From NCBI GenBank assembly GCA_964016885.1, contig OZ024740.1, forward strand, positions 412,548,001-412,612,000: a DNA stretch of 64,000 nt, given 5' to 3'. Source of the stretch: Eledone cirrhosa (Eukaryota). This document shows positions 27,592 through 39,171 of the stretch, one piece after another. The first letter of the stretch is position 1. Each line of letters starts with the position of its first letter. The notes under the pieces were generated by a model, which ran no database searches, was not told where the DNA came from, and was given only the letters and a program-made list of their open reading frames with translations. Made by a program: the position numbers and the translations under genes.

Positions 27592-27753
27592 TAAATATAT
27601 ATATATATATGCATTTCGATACATGAACTTTACATATATACTTAAATTTTAAGCATTTCAAATGTATTCTCATCTTTTTTCGATGGATATGTTTGTACGA
27701 ACAAATTAATGGCATCACACACCCACAAATATATATTAGAAACATGTGCACTC

Positions 27754-27838
<85 letters not shown>

Positions 27839-27873
27839 AAATTCTATATAACTATTTATCCTTATCCATCTAT

Positions 27874-27968
<95 letters not shown>

Positions 27969-28013
27969 TGTATGCGTATTTATATATATACATATTTGGA
28001 GAGGATGATATTG

Positions 28014-28140
28014 TTGTAATAATATTGCAAGAATTAATAACAGAACACACTCACTGTTTGGTTGGTTTTCGCTTCTGTATCGTTTATATCAGTTAATGTA
28101 TTCGTTCCTCAATGTTTACCATTGACTGACCAACGGTCAA
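28014..28140 (-). repeat. Dispersed repeat fragment, inverted homologue of 30807-30934
   Basis: Shared blocks accgttggtca...cattgagga...cagaagcgaaaaccaaccaaa...gtgtgttctgttattaattc..gcaatattattac. Confidence 0.75.
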
Positions 28141-28153
28141 GAACCTCGCAAAA

Positions 28154-28201
<48 letters not shown>

Positions 28202-30189
28202 TATTCTTTAAAACCGTTTCAATATTTAGCAGAATTATTTGTAACAAACCCACTAGATCCCTTCTTTCTAAATCAATCCGTTACAAATATATCAAATCGA
28301 TTCATTGGCAGCGCTTCTTGTGAAAGTATATAATCAATATTTACACTATCTAATCTGCAAGTATTGAGATGCTTATATTGAATTATGATCAGTAAGGTCC
28401 TCACCATTATGGGGGTATTGACCTAATCAATATCCAAAATACTATTTTGAAATTATATAATTACAGGTATAAAGAAGAACGTGAGGATCATAGTAAGGTG
28501 TGCATATATGCAACTATGCCACAGAACGGCACATGCTATGTCCCTACGTATGTTATTCCCAACAGATCTGCCTTGTTATGCTAAGTGAAATGGTAGTTGT
28601 GTCGTAAGTTTGATGCTTACATTTGAAAGCAATATCCAGGTTTTGAGGTGGAAATGTACTAATATTCTCTGCGCAAATATGTGTGCTTCTGCCTGTGTAC
28701 ATCTTTATATCAGTATGTTTATGCGAATATGTGTTTTACAATTTATCATTCGAAGAAATGGCTAGTTTTGTTAGCGGAATGAATAAACGAAAAGTCAGTA
28801 GTAATTATTGAAGATGTATGAGAAACTAGATATGTAAACATATAACTAAATCAAATTTGAATTACCACAGAATTCATAGCCATTTGCCACTTTAAATGCA
28901 ATGTGTTATGCAAAGCAGCTGTTGTACATTTATTCATGTTGTCATGTCTAATTCAAAAAGTGTAAATTATATGAATTATGTGTTATTTTAGTCTGTACAG
29001 AAGGAGTTCGAAAAATTATATATATGCTATAAACGATATGAAATCCAGATCAGATGGTTCACCAAAGGCTGTAAATCAATTACATTATATTCATATTTTT
29101 CAGATTACTTTTCAATTGTAATATTGCTACCAATTTTCAAACTTCCATTTGAAACTTATCCAGAGTCTAACATTGAAAATAAAGTAAGGAATGTTTGAAT
29201 TTATCTCATGCAAAAAAAAAAAAAAAGACTCAAACATTTAAGATGCAAACACTTAAAGGATTGTTTCGGCTTTTTCATGTTATCCAAAAGAAAATATATT
29301 ATTCATTACAGAATTAATTGGAAATGTGTGTCGTTCGTTATTCTATGACAATTCCTTCTAGCTTATTCAAACTGCCTGTTGTTCATTAGCCCATTCATTG
29401 AGGAATTTAAACAGTATATAGTGGTGTATATAAAATCATATACAAGTCTCGCTGTGAATATATTAAGCTGTAGTCATGTCAAAGATATCTCCGTAGAGGT
29501 ATGAGAACGCCAGAGACTAGCGTTTCAGGATTTTTCTCCATCATTAGCGATGTTTTACCCCTTCGGTACTGAGAAAAGAAGAAACTATTTCTGGCATGCC
29601 TTACTTCCCATAGAACATCTACTGGGGATGCTCCTTTGCATATGGTACGAGTTTTACTAACTAGAATTAATTAGCGGCAGTATTACCATAGCCTGATTAA
29701 TATCAGTTTATATAGGATGGCTTATATGACATTTCTAGGTATAATAAATATATATAATCTATAGCTTATAGAATTCAGCTGTCATTTGCTGCACATTAAC
29801 AAACACATAACAACATTTCTTTGCACTAGAAACATATATAAAACCATAACATGTATCAGAACATAGTACTAAACCCCGTTCCACTTGAAACCTCTACTTC
29901 TTCCAACATTGAACAAAACAGAAAAAAATCCTATTATCAAGTTCAAAAATTGTCTGCATTACAACAATCAAAATATCCTGCTCCAAATTTAGACGACACC
30001 TCAGTTTTTCTTCTTGTGAAGGGATTTATCCAGACATATGGATTATTAATCACCTCTCTGGTAATATCCCAGTAACATTTTAAACAATATTTTAACGTCG
30101 GGGTCCGGAATTGTTTCATATTACCCAATCTACTACCCCAAGTATTGAGTACTCAGGTGTGTAGTGTTCTATTTGCCATATCCAATTTA

Positions 30190-30254
<65 letters not shown>

Positions 30255-30258
<4 letters not shown>

Positions 30259-30724
30259 TATGTATACGTACATACATATATGTATACAGACGTACAGTAG
30301 TATGTATATATATATATACATACATGCACACACATATATATGTACGTGTGGATTCACCGAACATCTATTATAATGCTCGGTGTGTTTGTAAACAAACATC
30401 CCGTATTAAGCCGTAGTGTCTAGCAACCATCGTTGCTCGTTTGTTCAACACTGACAAAGGAACGCTGTACTAGTTTCAAGCTTATTAGCTATCGTCAGCA
30501 ACGTATACCTTCCTGCCAGATGATTGAACGTGTGAAAGTATATACTTTCCTTATGCATATTAACGGCTGAGCAGCCTAATTTGCACATCGAATGGGTTAA
30601 TCGGCCGGCTACACCGAAAACGATAAACAGAAAAAATGAAACGAAATTTCATTTCCCACTCTTAGTACGGCTGTTACTTAAATATAAGTATGTATACATA
30701 CATATATATATATGTATACAGACG
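30255..30724 (-). mobile_element. Retrozyme-like non-coding HHR element, about 1.1 units with terminal redundancy
   Basis: About 430-bp unit. 30255-30292 is repeated at 30685-30724. HHR at 30462-30504. Homologous to 33802-34230 and 47631-49178. Confidence 0.8.
30462..30504 (-). ncRNA. Type I hammerhead ribozyme of the retrozyme-like unit, intact (GUA)
   Basis: Reverse complement reads acgttg-CTGACGA-t agct aata agct t-GAAA-c ta g-TA-cagcgt. Confidence 0.88.
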
Positions 30725-30957
30725 ATGCACCACTGACGATGTTGCAACGAAAACAATTTGATAGACTATATATATGTGTTTGTGTCTATATTGTATTTGT
30801 ATTTTTTACCGTTGGTCATTCAATAGCCACATTGAGGACCGAATCAATTAAATTAACCGATATAAAAGACACAGAAGCGAAAACCAACCAAAGAGTCAGT
30901 GTGTTCTGTTATTAATTCTGGCAATATTATTACACAAATATTACCCTCCCCAAGTAT

Positions 30958-31000
<43 letters not shown>

Positions 31001-31027
31001 AGTTTGAAGAACAGTTTATATATATAT

Positions 31028-31662
31028 TTTCACCCTAGCAAATGTTTCACCCTAGCAATTTTTTCACCGTAGCAAATGTTAGTCCTTACGATTCGAACAC
31101 ATGTATGTTTATATTAGTGTTCATCTCTCTTGTTTATTCACTTATATTGTACGGCTCTGAAAAGCTTTTTTCTTAGAGCTATTTAATTGTAAGAGACTAC
31201 CCTGAGTTCTTAACTCAATATATATTTGTCGGCTCCATCACGTAGAGCTAATTTGTATTGTCATGTCAGCCAGGCTGCAATTTTTAACGGCAGGGAATTT
31301 AGCGACAAGCCGGTTTCCGAATGACACGTGCGATAATTCATATCCTACACAATTCATTCTCTAATATTTTTTAGAAGTGAAACGATCACTAATTTCCCAA
31401 CAATTACTGAGGAGCAGAGAAAGGTGAAAACTTCAGTTAATAAGTCGTTGCGAAACAGACTCCAACTCTCTGTAGTTGTTACCAGATATTTTTGCCCAAT
31501 ATAGGTCTGTTATTTTTCTTAATTTTTCTTAATTTAATATTCAAAGTTAAGGATAACAAACTATATTGCTGTAGTTAGTATTTTTTCACCCTAGCAAATG
31601 TTAGTCCTTACGCTTCGAACACATGTATGTTTATATTAGTGTCCATCTCTCTTGTTTATTCA
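31028..31662 (+). repeat. Partial tandem element, about 520-bp period, with a degenerate HHR-like motif
   Basis: About 80-bp direct repeat at 31061-31140 and 31581-31662. CTGAGGA-gcag...ttgc-GAAA-cagac-TC at 31407-31462. Confidence 0.55.
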
Positions 31663-31863
31663 ATTATTTATATATATATATATATATAGTGGGAGAACAC
31701 TGGAAGGTAATATCGGTAGTGGTAGAGCACTCAGTCCATGGGACGAGTTTGGTAGATTACGAACTGAGGATCCGCTAAGGTGAAACATTTGTTGTATAAC
31801 TACTTCTATATATATGGGGCACTCCGCCTTTCGTATCTAATACTCTTCACAAGGTTTAGAAGG

Positions 31864-32255
31864 TCCCTAAAGGGAAAATGCCTGATAAACAACATTGGCT
31901 ACGCATGTGATGTTACAACTCGAACCTCCTCCAAAACATATATAGGGTCTACATCGACCCCCTTTAAGACTAGATACAACTCCAATCGCTATACATATAG
32001 GCAAGATAGACTTAAGAATACTACATCCCTAGCTTGTTACATATCCCTCCTGAAGAACACTGATATTCAATACACGCTTGATTGGAGAATCATCACTAAA
32101 TCATCGCAGTACATACCTCCTAGCAAGACCTGTGACCTTTGTCTCTCTGAATCAATGCCATAATACACTCCAAACTGAACCTGCTAAATAGGAAGTCGGA
32201 TATTTTCTCTTCTTGCCCGCACATAAATTTTAGCTCCTTCTAGTACTTTAGACTA
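31864..32255 (+). pseudogene. Decayed PLE GIY-YIG domain (element 4, same type as element 1)
   Basis: SLKGKCLINNIGYAC...TYIGSTSTPFKTRYNS...TSLA..I..LK...Y.LDWRII...CDLCLSE, then frameshifted LLNRKSDIFSSCPH. A degenerate HHR core CTGAGGA..GAAAC..GTT lies just upstream at 31764-31793. Confidence 0.8.
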
Positions 32256-33801
32256 ATTAGCTAACGCTGTAGGAACTGCATACCTCCATCCTATCTGGCC
32301 TAGGTAAAACAACGCCGCACTGCATACTGGTTCCTTTGTGACGATAACTGCCCTTCCTGTGTATATAGACTACTCTAATATGTCTTCTCTTCTCCCCTCT
32401 CTTACTCTTCTTCCTCTCTTCCCTTGCTCATCTTATTGGACCACAAGCCAAGAACCCTTGGGGTAGAACCTTAAGGCTTTTCACTATACCTAGCACAGTT
32501 TGACCCTATACAGCCACCTACCCACACTAACCATATTAATATGGTTTATAAACACACCCATTGTGCGCTAACTGATAGCACAGCATAATAGTGTGTCGGA
32601 ATCCCCCGAAACCCCGCCGCAGCTATAAAGCGGGTGAATTGGGCACCCGGGGTCCAGTTAACTTAACCCTAAAGTGTGTGATAGATCTATCATAGTATAG
32701 TGAACTATGGTAGAAAATCATGTGCGCTAGGTGCCGTAGAATCGATCAATCCCCTAGGGGAAGGGGTAGTTGATCGCCGAGGGCTTCGAATCAAACAAAA
32801 GACTCGCACCTAGCATCCCGTTAGATATCTAATGAATCCGCCCTTTATAACGCGAATTACCTCTCATATTTTTCATAGGCACACTACGACTTCCTGTGTT
32901 TATATTCGGACTACCGTTGTGTGTTACGAGCGAGAGACTAACCTTTGAAAGTTGGAATTAGTTGATATGAATTGTGATCCAGCTTTGATGAATTATAGGA
33001 CCACACTCAAGACAAAGTGCAACACTGGATATTGAAATCCGGCCGCCCCAGGAAGGGTCACACCCGACTGTGAATGGATTGCAACCTCCGGAGTCAATAA
33101 TCTAAACAAAGACCACGTGGAGGACATATAAATAACATAGCTGTCATTGACATGTTTGGCCGTGAGTTCTCTCTTATATACATAAATTTGCACTCACTCT
33201 AATAAATTATTATAACAATATCTGCTCACTCTGCCATATGTGATTCTGGAAGCGGAGTTTCTTTACCTCATCGTACTTTCTTTTAATTTTTATTTTAAGA
33301 TTTTAGGTGTATATCCCAGACCGCCTATGGTGATAAATCCACTGGGTATAGGTTTTGGAATAATAGTGTTATCACACTTAACGTTCGGAACTGGAAAATA
33401 TCGATGTGGTTCCTAGGGTGCTGATATGATAAGGCAAATGGACCTGTTACAATTGGAGTACACCATCCCTGATATGGACTATCGTACATGTAAGGTGTAC
33501 CACTGCTAACCAACTATTCTTCTCACAGACTCATGCTTACAAACTCTCTTAATCTGCCCGTAAACTCTGTTTTTGCACTGCTTGTGCTTTGATGTATCTA
33601 TGCTTTGCTTTTGTTTATATTTTGGGGGCTTTCGGGCTTTTTGTTCCTTTATTGTATTGTATTTTTATATTTATCTCTTTTGTTATCCCTGTATTTTTGT
33701 ACTTTGTTATTATTTTTTTAATTGTTTCTGATCATGCTGAGTAATACCTTCTTATCCCTTGCTACCCTCTCCCAACCTCTTTATCATCTATTGCACAATT
33801 T

Positions 33802-34230
33802 TAGTACAGCGTTCCTTTGTCAGTGTTGAACAAACAAGCAACGGTGGTTTCTAGACACTACGGCTTAATACGGGATGTTTGTTTACAAACACACCGAGCA
33901 TTATAATAAATGTTCGGTGAATCCAAACGTACATATATATATATCTGTGCATGTATGTATATATATATACATACTACTGTACGTCTGTATACATATATGT
34001 ATGTATGTATACATACTTATATTTAAGTAACAGCCGTACTAACAGTGGGAAATGAAATTTCGTTTCATTTTTTCTGTTTATCGTTTTCGGTGTAGCCGGC
34101 CGATTAACCCACTCGATGTGCAAATTAGGCTGCTCAGCCGTTAATATGCATAAGGAAAATATATACTTTCAGACGTTCAATCATCTGGCAGGAGGGTATA
34201 CGTTGCTGACGATAGCTAATAAGCTAGAAA
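33802..34230 (+). mobile_element. Retrozyme-like unit-length monomer, circularly permuted at the hammerhead
   Basis: Begins tagTA|cagcgttcc (cleavage site after 33806) and ends cgttg-CTGACGA-tagctaataagct-a-GAAA at 34230. Near-identical to the reverse complement of 30255-30724. Confidence 0.85.
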
Positions 34231-34370
34231 AATCACGGACACTCCCTCTCAACTCTACTTTTGAAAAGCAGAAGAACTGCGAAACCGGTAAAGGAACCAA
34301 ATAAATATATATTTTTTAAAAATAAGACTCCAGTTGCATTTTCGATTTCATCTTTTTTTCTCTCTCTATA
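34226..34370 (+). mobile_element. PLE 3 family pseudo-LTR 3' fragment
   Basis: Homologous to the reverse complement of 20303-20447. Ends in (TA)n. Confidence 0.82.
34258..34293 (+). ncRNA. Type I hammerhead, U3-A8 variant, fully paired, predicted cleavage after 34290
   Basis: ctt-TTGAAAA-gcag aagaa ctgc-GAAA-c cg g-TA-aag. Confidence 0.8.
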
Positions 34371-34377
34371 TATATAT

Positions 34378-34437
<60 letters not shown>

Positions 34438-34440
34438 AAA

Positions 34441-34797
34441 TAACGAAACGAAATTAAATTTCGTTTCGTTTGTAACTCACTTTTGTATGACTGACGCTTA
34501 AACAATTAAGTTAAAAATGTACATCCACATATGTATACTGAAATACTAGTATGCATATGAATACACACACGTGTACATATGTAGATGTACCTAGTTTTTC
34601 ACTGGACACTTTACTGTGAGTGTCCAGCTATTCTGTATGTAAACACACAGACAAACCGGTTTTTAGAGTCATACTGGTTTTCGAGGAAACACTATTCTCT
34701 AGAAAACTCGGTACATCTACATATGTACACGTGTGTGTATTCATATGCATACTAGTATTTCAGTATACATATGTGGATGTACATTTTTAACTTAATT
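34441..34797 (-). mobile_element. Diverged relative of the retrozyme-like unit with a terminal fold-back
   Basis: 34441-34700 is colinear with the unit (ctcactttt..gtatg; gtatac; hairpin; tgtaaaca.ac.ga..; catac.ggt). Inverted arms 34504-34600 and 34702-34797. Confidence 0.6.
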
Positions 34798-34845
34798 ATA
34801 TATATATATATATACATAATTATATATATACATAATTATATATAT

Positions 34846-34928
<83 letters not shown>

Positions 34929-35015
34929 TATATATATATATATGTATACAAATTGTAGAGTGCTTCTTATCCGATATCTCCATTGCTTTATTGTACTACA
35001 ATAAAACTCACCTCC

Positions 35016-35095
<80 letters not shown>

Positions 35096-35176
35096 CATAT
35101 ATATATATATGCATATATATACATATACATATATATACACATATATATACATATATATATACACATATATATACAC

Positions 35177-35207
<31 letters not shown>

Positions 35208-35227
35208 AATATATACATACATATCTT

Positions 35228-35288
<61 letters not shown>

Positions 35289-35533
35289 CGAAGGGTAAAA
35301 AGGATTTGAGAAGTAGTTATTATTAAATGGATTAGCAAGATTGTTAGATGAGGTAAGATGGTTTGTTTAACCTCTGAATGCTCTGCAAATGGTTGTAGAC
35401 CACTGTGGCTTGGACATGGTCTGTAGTGGTAGGGCTCCATTCTCTCTGTGTCTATCTGTAAACCTCATGCGGTCTGTTGATAGTGGTGAATCTTTCACAT
35501 AGCTAGTTCTGTAGTGGGGTGCGCCGATGTCTC

Positions 35534-35998
35534 TTTGGTGTGGGTATATTTGTCACCAATTTAGCGGAGAGTTATATTTTAGAGAGTTGTAATGTTGACA
35601 CGAGGAACCAGGTTTGGTAGAAAGATATGATAGGAATATCGACAACGACTTTAGCTTGGTTTTACATTATTTATTAACAGAGGTTGAGCTGGCATGCCAA
35701 GAGAAATAAAACACATCAATTAAGATTACAAGAGAAAATACGTTCGACTGGCTGAGGCGTTTAGCCAATTCCGTAGTAAAATTGTTGTGTCGTTACATAT
35801 TGTTTGTACTGGTGGAGCAAAAGAACAAGTGGTGTTTGCCTTAGCATGGCCTAGCTGGAAGTCATAGCGTCCTCAAATCTTTGCGGGCTATTTCTTCCTC
35901 AGAACGCGTAGGGATACATCCTCTTCTACTGGCGCTGATTGGCTGAGCTGAACCAAATCACGCACAGAGAATGTAGGTGAGCCCACGGAATGTAGGTC
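35534..35998 (-). repeat. Second copy of the putative LTR 3' part plus PBS-like site
   Basis: About 465-bp direct repeat of 38090-38555. Reverse complement reads ...ctccGCTAAA-TTGGTGAC. Confidence 0.6.
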
Positions 35999-38108
35999 AC
36001 TACATCACCTCCGAGCAGATCTTTAGCCGAAAATCGTTATCGAAGAAGCCGAGGACCCACAGATTATTGAATCAGCAAGAACAAATGCTGAAAGAGCACA
36101 TCAGTGGAAAAATAATTGAGCAGAAAGATGCATGCAAGAAAAAAAAATGAGGCGCGACGGGCCGTGTTGAGCCGCTGTCAAATGACTAGCTGTTTCGTAG
36201 TTTATACGTGACCACCAAAGGTCTATCAGAAAACAGATAAAGTCTGACATGGGCGAAGTTGCTGTTCTTGCATTAAATGTTAATGGTAAGTGTTGTACCA
36301 GTAGCTGTGGACGAAGCTATTATGGTAGTTTATCAGTGCTGGCAAGAAGATGATGGGTAGGCGAGAAAATGTTGGCCTCCCAGATGTATTGCCGAATGTG
36401 TTAGGGAGCCAGGAAAAAATGGCTGGTTGCTTTGAAAAGAAAAATAAGCAAGTTGAATCTGTAGGTGGGTTGCAGTTCCATAATTCGGGCGAATCCACAG
36501 AAGTGTTGAAAATGCTGACAAGTCCAGTTCTATTTGTTGTTTTCCCGGTGAGCTGGGTAAGATAACAAGATAGGTTGTTATGGAGATGAGAGTGCAACGA
36601 GATGCGAAACTGTTTGAGTTCAGCTGAAATTAGCATACTCGTGTTGCGGTGCAGGTGAATTAAGCTGCAAGTGTCGATAGCATGTTTTGGTACCTCCAGA
36701 AGGTGAAAAGGGATCTCGCAGAATATTACGATGCTTGAAAAGCATATACTCAAGGCAACAACATGTTGGTGTGTGTATATATGCAGGCATGTAATACAGC
36801 AAAGAAAATGTGTGCGTGCGGTCACATATACAATGATAGAGAGAAATGAATTTTCATATAATACAGTTTTAAAAAAATAAATGTCCAAAATAAATGCCTG
36901 AAAAAAAAAGGAAGAAAGAAAGAATTGTTTCTTTTCTTTTAACAAAAAGTTCGCTTCTTTTTTCTTTGGGAACGCTCTTACTATGAAGCTAGTAGAGTTG
37001 TTGTTAAAGCAAAGTCACAATAAATCTTCTGTAGAGTAGAAGTCGAGCGTTGAAGAACCCAGAATCACCGATATGGCAGCCACGTCTGACGCCATAATGG
37101 TGAGAAAACTAATGTCTTAATTTCTCGAGACAGAAGGTATGGTGGTTGTGTCGGTAAAGTTACAAGCCGTTCCCTGGTTTTGGTTAATAGTTAGCCATGT
37201 GTTGCTGCTGATGGGTGATACTTGGTGGTAGCCGTTTCGAAATTTCCTCGTGGCGTAAAGTTTTTGAAATACTGCTAATTTTTTTTCCAAAGATATTCTA
37301 AAGAAAATTTGAAAATATTCTAAAGAAAATAAATTATTTTCCATGATGGCCGACCGAAAAATGTGTTCGTGATGAAAAAGCCGTCATGTGACACGATGCA
37401 GCCACTCAGATGGCTGGGATTGAAGAAGACAAGGTGTACGCGGGAAAACAAAATTGTTGAGTCTCCATTTGTAAATTTTAACAGAATGTTGAAAGCAAAA
37501 TTTAATATCCAGAGAAATCCTTTTTTTTTTTTTTTTTTTTCGTTTTTATCAAACTATGCTTGCAAAGCAAATTGTTCTTAGTCGGTGGTCACCGTACTCA
37601 TTTTATCAACCAATTGAAATATACCAAACCACCTCAACCGGATAGAAGACATCGCAGAATTTTCAATCCAAAAGAGAAATTTTTTTGTTAGTCGTCGAAA
37701 AAACTCTTTCTTTGTGTTGTATTTTTCTGTTCGTCTGTATGCGAGAGTCAATAGTGTCACCATGAAAGTTATGACAGAAATATTGTGCAGGCCGCGTGCT
37801 TCAACAAATGGAATATTATGAATTTTATGGACTTACGCTAAGTGAGTCTAGCTACCCGATCCGAACATTCCAAATGTTAAGCCACTCCACATTGTCGTTA
37901 AAACGAATGGCGAATTCAAATAGGCTGCGTTTTCATTCTTAATCGTCGAAGGACGCCACTTTTAACAGAGAGAGTTATTTTTTGAAGTTGTTGTTTTTGT
38001 GGTAGCGCATAGTATATGATCTTCAAGCGTCGTAATATTCTGCGAGATCCCTTTTCACCTTCTGGAGGTACCAAAACATGCTAGCGACACTTTGGTGTGG
38101 GTATATTT

Positions 38109-38944
<836 letters not shown>

Positions 38945-39171
38945 TTTTATTTCTTTGTCACTAGGGCATAAAGGATTGGGACAAATGCAAAGGAGGGGAA
39001 GTTTACATACAATAAAACGAGTACAAAAATATAACAAACAAAATAAAACAATCGCAGTCCTCAATAGTGAGGGGGTGTTTTGGGGGTCACACACACCCCC
39101 GATAGAATGTGTAAACCTTCTCCTCGGGAGCACAAAGAGAGGGTGCTCCCTTCTTCTCCTATTCTTTCCAC

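Noticed and set aside
29820-30190. Possible host exon on the minus strand (ORF 29943-30128)
   Set aside because: Short, stops in the extended frames, no recognisable domain or splice context.
32560-32790. GC-richer hairpins downstream of PLE 4 as another ribozyme
   Set aside because: No complete hammerhead, HDV-like or twister consensus could be assembled by eye.
34695-34720. agaaaactcggtacatc as a hammerhead 3' half
   Set aside because: There is no CUGANGA core, and the segment aligns to a non-ribozyme part of the retrozyme unit.
36280-36945. 221-aa minus-strand ORF
   Set aside because: No recognisable motif, low-complexity start, and it lies in rearranged repeat-derived DNA.
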